DNA from: Halieaceae bacterium
GTDB taxonomy: Bacteria; Pseudomonadota; Gammaproteobacteria; Pseudomonadales; Halieaceae
DNA length: 64,000 nucleotides
Assembly (NCBI GenBank): GCA_036351355.1
Contig: JAZBOX010000140.1
Location: 366 to 64,365, forward strand
Direction: 5' to 3'
Shown: piece after piece, positions 16,339-25,768 of the stretch
Layout of the letters: the number at the start of each line of letters is the position of its first letter
Position numbering within the stretch: the first letter of the stretch is position 1
Position numbers and translations under genes: made by a program
Notes under the pieces: model-generated
What the model saw: only the letters and a program-made list of their open reading frames with translations
What the model was told of the DNA's origin: nothing
The model's database searches: none

Positions 16339-17697
16339 TCAGAGGTTCTGCGGCAGCCAGGTGGCCAGGGATGGCCATGTCCAGAGTGCGGCCAGTACCA
16401 GTAGCTGGATCAGGATAAAGGGTACCACGCCGCGGTAAATGGCCGCGGTGGGGATGCTGGCGGGGGCCACGCCGCGCAGGTAGAACAGCGCGAAGCCGAA
16501 GGGTGGGGTCAGGAAGGAGGTCTGCAGATTGATCGCGATCATGATGCCGAGCCAGACCGGATCGATACCCATCATCAGCAGGATCGGTCCGACGATCGGT
16601 ACCACCACGAAGGTGATCTCGATGAAGTCGAGCACGAAGCCGAGGAGGAAGATCACCCCCATCACCACCAGCGTTGCACTGAAGGCACCGCCGGGCAGCT
16701 CGCGGAAGAAGTTCTCGATGAGCTCTTCGCCACCGAAGCCACGGAACACCAGCGAAAACACCGCGGCGCCGATCAGGATCATGAACACCATCGCCGTGAC
16801 CTGCAGCGTGGTCTCGAGGATTTCCTGCAGCTGCGGACGCGACAGTTCGCGGCGCAGCGCGGCGAGCAGCAGGGCTCCGACGGCGCCGACGCCGGCGGCC
16901 TCCGTCGGCGTGGCAGCGCCGCCCAGGATCGAGCCGAGGACAACGACGATCAGCAGCAGCGGCGGCAGCAGGCCGTGGAGCAGCGTGGCCCAGGACATCT
17001 CGTGCGGCTCCGCCGGCGGTACGATGGAAGGCCGCAGGAGGGCGACGATGAACAGGTACAGGCAGTAGAGCGCGACCAGGATCAGCCCCGGCACGATGGC
17101 GCCGACGAAGAGGTCGCCAACGGAGACGGTCTGCGGATTGAACACGTCGAGGCGCAGCTGCGCCTGTTGGTACGCGCTCGACAGAATATCGCCGAGAAGC
17201 ACCAGGGCGATTGACGGTGGAATGATCTGCCCGAGCGTTCCCGTGGCGCAGATCGTGCCGCTGGCGATGCCCGGGTTGTAGCCCGCGCGCAGCATGCTCG
17301 GCAGCGACAGCAGGCCCATGGTCACGACCGTCGCCCCGACGATCCCCGTACTCGCTGCCAGCAGCGCCCCGACCAGAACCACGGATATCGCCAGGCCGCC
17401 GGGCAGGCGACCGAGAAGCGCGGCCATGCTGCCGAGCAGTTCCTCGGCCACGCGCGATTTCTCCAGCACCACACCCATGAGCACGAACAGCGGTACGGCG
17501 ATCAGCGTGACATTGCTGACCGTACCGAAAAGACGCCCGGGGAGGGCCGCGAGAAAGGAGGGATCAAAGCTGCCGACAATACTGCCGACGGCGGCAAAGA
17601 GCAGCGCCGTACCGGCCAGGGTGAAGGCCACGGGATAACCGAACATCAGCAGCACGCAGACGCATGCAAACATCCACAGGGCGACGCCGCCGTGCAT
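16339..17697 (-). CDS. TRAP transporter large permease (DctM type)
   Basis: 452-aa polytopic membrane protein. Its start overlaps the stop of the upstream small-permease gene (ATGA), as is usual for dctQM. Confidence 0.9.
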   Translation of the reverse strand: MHGGVALWMFACVCVLLMFGYPVAFTLAGTALLFAAVGSIVGSFDPSFLAALPGRLFGTVSNVTLIAVPLFVLMGVVLEKSRVAEELLGSMAALLGRLPGGLAISVVLVGALLAASTGIVGATVVTMGLLSLPSMLRAGYNPGIASGTICATGTLGQIIPPSIALVLLGDILSSAYQQAQLRLDVFNPQTVSVGDLFVGAIVPGLILVALYCLYLFIVALLRPSIVPPAEPHEMSWATLLHGLLPPLLLIVVVLGSILGGAATPTEAAGVGAVGALLLAALRRELSRPQLQEILETTLQVTAMVFMILIGAAVFSLVFRGFGGEELIENFFRELPGGAFSATLVVMGVIFLLGFVLDFIEITFVVVPIVGPILLMMGIDPVWLGIMIAINLQTSFLTPPFGFALFYLRGVAPASIPTAAIYRGVVPFILIQLLVLAALWTWPSLATWLPQNL

Positions 17698-18395
17698 CAG
17701 CGGGCTGCTCTCAGCACCAGCTCGCGGGCATTGCGCAGTATCTCGGCGAGACCAGCGAGGGCGAGGTTGGCCGCCATCAGCGGCAGCAGGGTCTTGAGCA
17801 GGTAGAGAAAGGGAATGCCGCCCGGCTCCGGAGAGCTTTCGCGGATCGCCCAGGCGTCACCGACATAGCTCAGGCTGCCAAAAAAAATCAGCGCGCACAG
17901 GGGCAACAGAAAAACGATGCCGCCCAGGGCATCGACCCAAGCGCGCCTACGCGCCGAGAAGTCGCGATAAAAGATGTCGACGCGAACATGGGCACCGCGC
18001 TTGAGCGCGAAGGCTGTTCCGAGCATGAACAGGGAACCGTGGAGGTAGGTGACGGCCTCCTGCATGGCGATCGAGCCGCGGGAGAATCCGTAGCGCAGTA
18101 CCACCACGGTAAAGACCAGCGCCGCCATCGCCAGGGCGCACCAGGCCAGCAGGCGCCCGCTGCGCTCCGTAAAGCGATCGATGGCGTTCACCACGGAGTC
18201 GACTACCGACCCCTGCACCGCGTTTGCCGCACTTTCTGGGCTGTCTGCACGTTCTTCATGATCCGCGCTGACAGCACCGTCGCCTCGGCCGAAGTCCCCA
18301 GCCACCCCGCCTTGCCTTTTTCCTGAGCAGGCCGCGAGAGTATCATAGGCCGCTTCGCCTTCACCGCTTCCGGTGCCGGCGGGCGCTCGCCGCAT
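17697..18395 (-). CDS. TRAP transporter small permease (DctQ type); start uncertain
   Basis: The C-terminal ~175 aa (VNAIDRFTERSGRLLAWCALAMAALVF...DIFYRDFSARRRAWVD...) are DctQ-like with 4 TM segments. The ORF-track N-terminus (to 18746) is antisense to yaaA and is rejected. The nearest ATG is 18395, and an internal GTG (around 18230) is also possible. Confidence 0.65.
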   Translation of the reverse strand: MRRAPAGTGSGEGEAAYDTLAACSGKRQGGVAGDFGRGDGAVSADHEERADSPESAANAVQGSVVDSVVNAIDRFTERSGRLLAWCALAMAALVFTVVVLRYGFSRGSIAMQEAVTYLHGSLFMLGTAFALKRGAHVRVDIFYRDFSARRRAWVDALGGIVFLLPLCALIFFGSLSYVGDAWAIRESSPEPGGIPFLYLLKTLLPLMAANLALAGLAEILRNARELVLRAAR

Positions 18396-18425
18396 CCCCC
18401 TAGCCAACGCGAGGATTTCCCCTCC

Positions 18426-19208
18426 ATGCTCAGCGTGATTTCCCCTGCCAAGACCCTGGATTTCGACAGCGCGCCGACCACGCGGAAGGCCACGCAGCCC
18501 GAATTCATCGAGCGCGCCGCGGAGCTCGTGGAAGATGCGCGCGCCCTCGAGCCGTCTGATATCCGAAGTCTCATGGGGGTGTCGGAGAACATCGCCAACC
18601 TGAATCACCAACGATTCATGGACTGGCACCAACCCTTCAGTCTCGACAACGCCAAGCAGGCCGTCCTCGCCTTCAAGGGGGACGTGTACACCGGTCTCGA
18701 GGCCGAGACGCTCGATGCGGGCCAGCTCGCCTTCGCGCAGAAGCACCTGCGCATCCTGTCAGGCCTCTACGGCCTGCTTCGGCCCCTCGACCTGATGCAG
18801 CCCTACCGCCTCGAGATGGGCCTGCGCTTTGCAAACCGCGGTGGCCGGAATCTCTACGAGTTCTGGGGCGAGGACCTGACGCGCAGCCTGAACCGACAGC
18901 TGAAAAAGTCCGGCACGCCGGTGCTGCTGAACCTTGCCTCGAACGAGTACTTCAAGGCGGTCCAGGCCGGGCAGATCGAGGGCGAGCTGGTAACCCCGGT
19001 ATTCAAGGACCTCAAGAACGGCAAGTACAAGGTGATCAGCTTCTTTGCCAAGAAGGCCCGCGGGCAGATGGCGCGCTACATCATTGAGAAGGAGATCAAC
19101 GATGTGCCGGCGCTGAAGAAGTTCCGCGTCGGCGGCTATCGCTACAACGCCGGCGAGTCGACGGCGCGCGAACTCGTGTTCACGCGCGACGAAGCTCCCG
19201 GCGACTGA
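18426..19208 (+). CDS. yaaA: peroxide stress protein YaaA (DUF328/UPF0246)
   Basis: MLSVISPAKTLDFDS..., ...FKGDVYTGL..., ...ILSGLYGLLRPLD.... Confidence 0.92.
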   Translation: MLSVISPAKTLDFDSAPTTRKATQPEFIERAAELVEDARALEPSDIRSLMGVSENIANLNHQRFMDWHQPFSLDNAKQAVLAFKGDVYTGLEAETLDAGQLAFAQKHLRILSGLYGLLRPLDLMQPYRLEMGLRFANRGGRNLYEFWGEDLTRSLNRQLKKSGTPVLLNLASNEYFKAVQAGQIEGELVTPVFKDLKNGKYKVISFFAKKARGQMARYIIEKEINDVPALKKFRVGGYRYNAGESTARELVFTRDEAPGD

Positions 19209-19216
19209 AGAGCCAG

Positions 19217-20710
19217 GTGCCCGAGGCTGCCGACAGGGCCGAGGCGCAGGCGCCGCCGCATGCCGTACTGATCATCGGAGCGGGCATGTCGGGCCTGTGC
19301 ATGGGCATCAAGCTGCTCGAGCGCGGCATCGATGACTTTCTGATCCTCGAGAAATCCGCTGATGTCGGCGGTACCTGGAATGACAACCGCTACCCGGGCG
19401 CGGGCTGCGATGTGCCTTCGGTGCTTTACAGCTACTCCTTTGCGCCGAATCCCGGCTGGTCGCAGAAGTTCTCGCCGCAGGCCGAGATTCACGACTACTT
19501 CCGCGACTGCGCGCGACGCTTCGGCCTGCTGCCGAAGCTGCGGCTGAATACCCGCGTCGAGCGCGCTGACTGGGATGGCGATGCGGGCTGCTGGAACGTG
19601 AGCCTCGACAGCGGCGATCGACTGCGAGCACGCTGTCTGGTCAGCGCCCTCGGTCAGCTCAACCGGCCGCACATACCCGAATTTCCCGGTTGCGAGCGCT
19701 TTGCCGGGCCCGGCTTCCACTCGGCGCGCTGGGACGCGAGGCTGGATCTCAGGGGCAAACGCGTGGCGGTGATCGGCAATGCCGCCAGCGCGCTGCAGCT
19801 GATCCCGCAGATCGCTGCCGACGCAGCGCAGCTGTATGTCTACCAGCGTAGCGCGAACTACGTGATCCGCCGCGGCAACCGCGCCTACACGGCCTGGGAG
19901 AAATGGCTGTTCCGCGTGTTCCCGCCCAGCCAGCGCGCCCTGCGCCTGTTCACCTTCCTTCGCGGTGAATGGTTGTTCTATCCGCTGCTGCGCCGCGATT
20001 CGAAGCTTCTCCGGCGCCTGTGGGAAAGGATGGTCGATGACTATCGCAGGGAGGAGATCGACGATCCGCAGCTCGCGGCCCGGCTGACGCCGGACTACCG
20101 CATCGGCTGCAAGCGCATCCTGCTTTCCGACGACTACTACGCGGCTTTCCGTCGCGATAACGTGAGCCTCGTGACCTCGCCGATTCAGGCTATCGATGAG
20201 CAGGGCGTTGTCACCGGGGACGGCGAGGCGCGGCCCGTCGATGTGATCGTCTACGCCACGGGTTTTGAAACCTCGGCGATGCACAGCGCGGTTTCCTACT
20301 ACGGTGAGGACGGGATTTCGCTGCAGGAGGCCTGGAAAAACGGTGCGGAGGCCTACCGCGGCGTGTGCACCAGCGGCTTCCCGAACTTCTTCATGCTCTA
20401 CGGCCCCAACACCAATCTCGGCAGCAACTCGATCATCTACATGGTCGAGCGGCAGGTGGCCTGGACCGTCAACTGTATCGACAAGCTTCTAGCGCACGAG
20501 CTGCGCTCGCTCAGCGTGAATCCGGGCGTGCAGCAGGCGTACAGCGCGCGCATGCAGGCGGAGCTGGCGCGGACCGTTTGGGTGGCCGACTGCGAGAGCT
20601 GGTACAAGAATGCCCGTGGCCGGGTGGTCAACAACTGGCCACGCTCGGCGCTGGCCTACGGCTGGCATATGCGCGCACCGGATTTCGCCGACTTTGACCT
20701 GCGTGGATGA
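19217..20710 (+). CDS. flavin-containing (Baeyer-Villiger type) monooxygenase
   Basis: Has the VLIIGAGMSGL FAD motif, then EKSADVGGTWNDNRYPGAGCDVPS and a second GNAASA dinucleotide motif. Confidence 0.85.
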   Translation: MPEAADRAEAQAPPHAVLIIGAGMSGLCMGIKLLERGIDDFLILEKSADVGGTWNDNRYPGAGCDVPSVLYSYSFAPNPGWSQKFSPQAEIHDYFRDCARRFGLLPKLRLNTRVERADWDGDAGCWNVSLDSGDRLRARCLVSALGQLNRPHIPEFPGCERFAGPGFHSARWDARLDLRGKRVAVIGNAASALQLIPQIAADAAQLYVYQRSANYVIRRGNRAYTAWEKWLFRVFPPSQRALRLFTFLRGEWLFYPLLRRDSKLLRRLWERMVDDYRREEIDDPQLAARLTPDYRIGCKRILLSDDYYAAFRRDNVSLVTSPIQAIDEQGVVTGDGEARPVDVIVYATGFETSAMHSAVSYYGEDGISLQEAWKNGAEAYRGVCTSGFPNFFMLYGPNTNLGSNSIIYMVERQVAWTVNCIDKLLAHELRSLSVNPGVQQAYSARMQAELARTVWVADCESWYKNARGRVVNNWPRSALAYGWHMRAPDFADFDLRG

Positions 20711-20717
20711 GCGCCGA

Positions 20718-21371
20718 ATGACCGACCGCCGGCCGCCGGAAGCAAGCGCCGATGACGGCCTGCCCTTTTCGCAGGCCGCGGCGAACAATCGCGGGCCGAT
20801 TCTCGCGGAACTGCGGCGCCTTCTTGCCGAAGCGAGGGGCGTGCTCGAAGTCGGCTCGGGAACGGGTCAGCACGCGCTGTACTTCGCCGCAGCGCTCGGC
20901 CATCTGCGCTGGCAGCCATCGGAGCATCCCGAAGCGCTGATCATGCTGCAGGCCCGATGCCGCGCCGGTACGCTGCCCAACCTCGCCGCGCCGCGCGCGC
21001 TGAACATCGATGTACAGCCATGGGAAATTGGTGAGCCGGGCCGCGAGATGGCCGGCGAGCTGGGCATAGACACGATCTACACCGCCAACACGCTGCACAT
21101 CGTCGCCCCCGCGAGTGTCGAGGCCTTCTTCGCCGGCAGCGCTGCGACCTGCGCGAAGCAGCTGATCGTCTACGGCCCCTTCAACTACAACGGGGCCTAT
21201 ACCAGTGAATCCAACGAGCGCTTCGATGCCTGGCTGCGCGAGCGCGACAGCCGAAGCGGTATTCGTGATTTCGAGTGGGTGCAGGATCTCGCCGCGAAGG
21301 GAGGCTTCAGGCTCTTCGAGGACCTCGCCATGCCGGCCAATAACCGGCTGCTTTGCTGGCGTCGCGCCTGA
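20718..21371 (+). CDS. DUF938-type class I SAM-dependent methyltransferase
   Basis: ...NNRGPILAELRRLL...VLEVGSGTGQHALYFA...YGPFNYNG.YTSESN..FD.WLR. Start placed at MTDRR, just after the monooxygenase stop. Confidence 0.75.
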   Translation: MTDRRPPEASADDGLPFSQAAANNRGPILAELRRLLAEARGVLEVGSGTGQHALYFAAALGHLRWQPSEHPEALIMLQARCRAGTLPNLAAPRALNIDVQPWEIGEPGREMAGELGIDTIYTANTLHIVAPASVEAFFAGSAATCAKQLIVYGPFNYNGAYTSESNERFDAWLRERDSRSGIRDFEWVQDLAAKGGFRLFEDLAMPANNRLLCWRRA

Positions 21372-21404
21372 TCAGGACGCACCGGTCAAGAGCGCAGTCG
21401 TGCT

Positions 21405-22553
21405 TCAGCCGCCCCCGGCTTTGAAGGGCAGCAGCGTGCAGGCGTCCTCGCGATAGCGTTCGACCTGTGCCTGCTCGCGACGGGTGAAGTCGCCGATGGC
21501 GTCATTCAGCTCGCGCTGCGCCACCCAGTGCGAGGACAGCGTCGTGGTCGGCTCGAAGCCGCGCTGGATCTTGTGTTCGCCCTGGGCGCCCGGATCAAAG
21601 CGTTTGAGTCCCTCGCGGATGCAGTACTCGATACCCTGGTAGTAGCAGGCCTCGAAATGCAGGCAGTCGTATTCGCGCAGGCAGCCCCAGTAACGCCCGT
21701 AGAGCGTGTCCGCGTCGCGGAAGTAAAGCGCTCCGGCCACGGCCCTGCCTTCGGCTTCCGCCAGCGCCATCAATACCTGCTTGCCGAGGCGCGGCGCCAC
21801 CTCCAGAAAGAACTCACGGGTCAGGTAGCCACCGTGACCGGAGCGCTTGGCGTAGGTCATCTGGTAGAAGCGGTGGAAGGCGGCCCAGTCGCGCTCTTCG
21901 AGTTCGTCGCCGTCGAGCATGCGCAGGGTGAGGCCCTGCTCGTCGACGCGGCGTCGCTCGCGCCGCAGCGCCTTACGCTTGCGGCTGGCGAAGCGCTCGA
22001 GAAAGTCGTCGAAGTCGCGGTAGTCGTAGTTGTACCAGTGGAACTGGACCTGGTGTCGCGTGTGCAGGCCTGCGGCGGCGAGCGCGTTGGCGTCTTCGGA
22101 GCGCGGAAAAAGCACGTGCCAGCTCGAGCATTCGAGCTGACGGGCCAGGGCCGGCATCTGCTCGGCGAGCGTGGACCACAGCGCCGTCGGATCGAGCGCG
22201 TCGTCGTGGAGCAGGCGCGGCCCCGTGGCCGGTGTAAAGGGCGCGGCGGTCAGCAGCTTCGGGTAATAGGCAAGGCCCATGCGCCGCCAGGCATCCGCCC
22301 AGGCCCAGTCGAAGACGTATTCGCCGTAGGAGTGGCTCTTGCGCCAGGCGGGCAGGATCGCCAGCGTGTCGCCGCCGTCGCGCAGACGAAGGTGCGAGGG
22401 CTCCCAGCCCGCTGCCGCCGTGGTGCAGTCCGAGCGCTCGAGACCGAGGAGAAAGTCGTGGCGCAGAAAAGGATAGGCGTCGCGACGCAGCCGATCCCAG
22501 GCCGACGCCTCCACCTCGGCAACGGAGCCGAGTACATCGATGGCGAGGCTCAT
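21405..22553 (-). CDS. GNAT/FemAB-like N-acyltransferase family protein (DUF482)
   Basis: ...AWDRL....PFLRHDFL.GLE.S......GW.P.HL... and ...HFEACYYQGIEYCI..GL..F..G.QGEHK..RGF.P....S.HW are the family-typical blocks. Confidence 0.75.
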   Translation of the reverse strand: MSLAIDVLGSVAEVEASAWDRLRRDAYPFLRHDFLLGLERSDCTTAAAGWEPSHLRLRDGGDTLAILPAWRKSHSYGEYVFDWAWADAWRRMGLAYYPKLLTAAPFTPATGPRLLHDDALDPTALWSTLAEQMPALARQLECSSWHVLFPRSEDANALAAAGLHTRHQVQFHWYNYDYRDFDDFLERFASRKRKALRRERRRVDEQGLTLRMLDGDELEERDWAAFHRFYQMTYAKRSGHGGYLTREFFLEVAPRLGKQVLMALAEAEGRAVAGALYFRDADTLYGRYWGCLREYDCLHFEACYYQGIEYCIREGLKRFDPGAQGEHKIQRGFEPTTTLSSHWVAQRELNDAIGDFTRREQAQVERYREDACTLLPFKAGGG

Positions 22554-22569
22554 GCGCTCGGGCCACGCC

Positions 22570-23460
22570 TTATGCGGGCAGGGCGTAGCTCAGTGCTATA
22601 CCGGCGAAGATGGTCAGGCCGACCCAGCTGTTGTGGGTGAAGGCTCGAAAACATGCGGCCTCGTCGCGCTCCCGGATCAGGTAGAGGTGGTAGCCGAACA
22701 GCCCCGCGGCAACGAACAGCGAGACGAAGTAGGGCCAGGCCAGGCCGAACTGACGTCCCGCCAGGGTCAGCGCCGCCAGGCAGAGTACCTGTAATACGGC
22801 GATGATGACCCGGTCGGACTCACCGAAGAGAATCGCCGTACTCTTGATGCCCACTTCGAGATCGTCGCGCCGATCCACCATGGCGTACTTGGTGTCGTAA
22901 ACCACGGTCCACAGCAGGTTGCCAGTGAACAGCAGCCACAGTGCCGGCGGCAGCGCATCGAGCTGGGCGGCGAAGGCCATGGGGATTGACCAGGAAAAGG
23001 CCAGGCCGAGGACAACCTGCGGCAGATGCGTGTAGCGCTTCATGAGCGGGTAGCAGGACGCCAGCAGCAGGGCCGGAACCGACAGCAGCACCGTCAGCAG
23101 GTTGGTCATCAGTACCAGGCCGAAGGCGGCGAGACAGAGCACAAAAAAGAAGCCGAGCGCCTCGTTGACGCTCACGTCGCCGGTGACCAGCGGTCGGGCT
23201 CGCGTGCGTGTAACACCGCCGTCGAGGTTGCGGTCGGCGAGGTCGTTGATGATGCAGCCGGCGGAGCGCATGAGCACCGTGCCCAGGGTGAAGATGAGCA
23301 AAAGGTGCAGGTCGGGCAGACCCTCTGCCGCGATCCACAGGGCCCACAGCGTCGGCCACAGCAGCAACAGGCTGCCGATCGGACGGTTCCAGCGGATCAG
23401 GCGCAGCAGGGCGGACAGCTTGCCGTCGTTGGTGGCCTGCGGGGACAGGGAGGCGGTCAT
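22570..23460 (-). CDS. ubiA: 4-hydroxybenzoate polyprenyltransferase
   Basis: ...LIRWNRPIGSLLLLWPTLWALW...GCIINDLADRNLD...TRARPL.... Start placed at MTASLSP (23460), which leaves a 10-nt gap after the ubiC stop. Confidence 0.92.
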   Translation of the reverse strand: MTASLSPQATNDGKLSALLRLIRWNRPIGSLLLLWPTLWALWIAAEGLPDLHLLLIFTLGTVLMRSAGCIINDLADRNLDGGVTRTRARPLVTGDVSVNEALGFFFVLCLAAFGLVLMTNLLTVLLSVPALLLASCYPLMKRYTHLPQVVLGLAFSWSIPMAFAAQLDALPPALWLLFTGNLLWTVVYDTKYAMVDRRDDLEVGIKSTAILFGESDRVIIAVLQVLCLAALTLAGRQFGLAWPYFVSLFVAAGLFGYHLYLIRERDEAACFRAFTHNSWVGLTIFAGIALSYALPA

Positions 23461-23470
23461 GACACTCGCT

Positions 23471-24226
23471 TCAGCGTGCTGAGCCGCCAATTGTAACGTC
23501 GACCTGCCCGCGCCGGGAGCGGTGCAGGGGCATGACCGCCGGCCAGCCGCGAAAGCCGCTCAGGAAAACCTCGCTGACGAGCAGGGGCTTGCCGTCGACC
23601 ACGAAACAGGATCGACGGGCCCAGGCCGGCGCGCGCTGATGCAGCGTCAAAGGCAGATAGCTGCTGTCGCCCGCCATCAGTGCCAGTTCGAAGGGACTGC
23701 GGCGCATATCGGGCCGCGCGAAGAGAAAGGCTCCGAGACTCTGGTTGCTCAGGCGCCGCAGGTGCTTGAGCGGCCCGCGCAGCGAGCTGACCGGGAACAC
23801 GGAGCGTGCGAATACCACCGGCTGCTCGTCGAGGCACAACACGACCTGACGCACCATCGCGTGTTCGCGAGTGCCCATCTGCAGCAAACGTCGCTCATCG
23901 AGCGTGGGCGCTGCGAAGTGCTGCGCCCAGCGGTCCACGGAAAAGCGCCGGCCGGTGTTGACCAGGTGCTGCGTCAGCGAGCCGTCATCGAGCAGCCAGC
24001 GGCGAACGGGAGCGAGGAGCGGCCCCGGGACCCGCTCCTGCGGGCGCCAGTGAAAAGCCGCCGCTGCCGCCGCCGAGGAGGCCTGTACGCTGCGCCACAG
24101 CAGCGCAGCGCCGATGTCACCGGATCCTTCGCCGGTGCGGGCGTCGCTGTGGACTTCGTCACTTCTGCGGGCGCCCGGGGCGGCCGCGAAAACGGCCGAA
24201 GGGGCGGCGGTACGGGGGCGGGCCAT
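23471..24226 (-). CDS. ubiC: chorismate--pyruvate lyase; N-terminus uncertain
   Basis: ...WLLDDGSLTQHL...REHAMVRQVVL.LDEQPVVFARSVFP...LGAFLF.... It lies immediately upstream of ubiA. The only canonical start is ATG 24226, giving a ~60-aa extension over typical UbiC. Confidence 0.75.
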   Translation of the reverse strand: MARPRTAAPSAVFAAAPGARRSDEVHSDARTGEGSGDIGAALLWRSVQASSAAAAAAFHWRPQERVPGPLLAPVRRWLLDDGSLTQHLVNTGRRFSVDRWAQHFAAPTLDERRLLQMGTREHAMVRQVVLCLDEQPVVFARSVFPVSSLRGPLKHLRRLSNQSLGAFLFARPDMRRSPFELALMAGDSSYLPLTLHQRAPAWARRSCFVVDGKPLLVSEVFLSGFRGWPAVMPLHRSRRGQVDVTIGGSAR

Positions 24227-24354
24227 AGCAGGGTCTTACAAAGCGGTCCGCGAGGATGATTGACTTCGCTCTCCGGCGCAAGCAGGGGCCGGGCGCGCGC
24301 CGCGCCCGTGCTAATCTTGCGCGCCTTCGAACGCCCAAGGGAGAACACCAAGGC

Positions 24355-25734
24355 ATGCGCAAGTGGGAATGCATCGTCTGCGGCCTCATCTACGACGAGG
24401 CCAAGGGCTGGCCCGAGGATGGCATAGAGCCGGGCACGCGCTGGGAGGATGTTCCCGAGGACTGGCTGTGCCCGGACTGCGGCGTCGGCAAGGAAGACTT
24501 CGAACTCCTCGAGGACGCCGTCGAAAACGACGCCCCGCACCACGAAACACCGGCCGCCGCACAGCCGGCACCGGTGGTCATCATCGGTACGGGCCTTGCC
24601 GGTTACGGCCTCGCCCGCGAGTTCCGCAAGCACGACAGCGACACACCGCTGATCCTGATCACCGAGGACGACGGTCGCGCCTACTCCAAGCCCATGCTGT
24701 CGACAGGCTATACCAAGGCCATGGATGCGCGAGCCCTGACGCAGAACGACGCCGGCGCCATGGCGGCAGCCCTCGGCGCCAGCGTGTGGACCATGACCCG
24801 CGTGCAGGCCATCGATGCGGCGCGCAAAATGCTGCGCCTGGCAGATCGCGACAGCGAAGTGCACTACCGCGACCTGGTACTCGCCCTCGGTGCAAGCGTG
24901 ATCCAGCCGCCGCTGATCGGCGATGCCGGAGAGCGCATCTACTCCGTCAACGATCTCATGGACTACGACGACTTCCGCGTCGCCATGGATCGCCTGTCCG
25001 TTCGCCGGGTTCTGATCATCGGCGCGGGTCTGATCGGCTGCGAGTTCACCAACGATCTTCTCAACGGCGGCTACGCGGTCGAGGTCGTCGATCCCCTCGA
25101 CCATTGCCTGCCGACGCTGCTGCCCGAGCCCTGTGCCCGCGCCGTCCAGGCGGCGCTGGAGGAGAAGGGTGCTCGCTTCCATTTCGGTCCCAAGGCCACG
25201 GCGGTGAACTATCCGTCCGACGGTTCGCGCGATGGCGTCCTGGTGAGCCTCAGCGACGGGCGCACGATAGAGACGGACATCGTCGTGTCCGCCGTCGGCG
25301 TGCGGCCGCGCATCGAGCTGGCCCAGGCCGCCGGTCTGACGACACGGCGGGGCATCGCCACCGACCGCTACCTGAAAACCAGCGCCGATTACGTCTACGC
25401 GCTCGGGGACTGCGCCGAGGTCGACGGCCACGTGCTCGTCTACGTGGCGCCGCTCATGGCCGCGGCGCGCGCCCTCGGGCGCACGCTTGCGGGCGAGGCG
25501 ACCGCGGTGAGCTACCCCGCCATGCCGGTTACGATCAAGACGCCGGCCTGCCCGGTGGTGGTGGCGCCGCCTGCCTTCGGGGCTGTCGGCGAGTGGCGCT
25601 TTGAGGTCGATGGCCGCAACGTGCGCGCTGAGTTTCGCGGCCCCGACGATGCGCTCCTGGGCTTCGCCCTGACCGGAGACGCCACGCGCGAGAAGATCGC
25701 GCTACAGAAACAGCTGCCGCCGATCCTCGCCTGA
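24355..25734 (+). CDS. rubredoxin fused to rubredoxin--NAD(+) reductase (FAD/NAD pyridine-nucleotide disulfide oxidoreductase fold)
   Basis: N-terminus [50 protein letters not shown] carries the CxxCG and CPxCG motifs. A ~25-aa linker follows, then [17 protein letters not shown]...[14 protein letters not shown].... AAGGGAGA lies 10 nt upstream of ATG 24355. Confidence 0.88.
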   Translation: MRKWECIVCGLIYDEAKGWPEDGIEPGTRWEDVPEDWLCPDCGVGKEDFELLEDAVENDAPHHETPAAAQPAPVVIIGTGLAGYGLAREFRKHDSDTPLILITEDDGRAYSKPMLSTGYTKAMDARALTQNDAGAMAAALGASVWTMTRVQAIDAARKMLRLADRDSEVHYRDLVLALGASVIQPPLIGDAGERIYSVNDLMDYDDFRVAMDRLSVRRVLIIGAGLIGCEFTNDLLNGGYAVEVVDPLDHCLPTLLPEPCARAVQAALEEKGARFHFGPKATAVNYPSDGSRDGVLVSLSDGRTIETDIVVSAVGVRPRIELAQAAGLTTRRGIATDRYLKTSADYVYALGDCAEVDGHVLVYVAPLMAAARALGRTLAGEATAVSYPAMPVTIKTPACPVVVAPPAFGAVGEWRFEVDGRNVRAEFRGPDDALLGFALTGDATREKIALQKQLPPILA

Positions 25735-25768
25735 TCGCCCGGGGCCGCCGCGTCCCTCGCGATCGCGC

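Noticed and set aside
19142-20284. 380-aa minus-strand ORF
   Set aside because: It is antisense to the flavin monooxygenase gene. It is R/A-rich with no motif.
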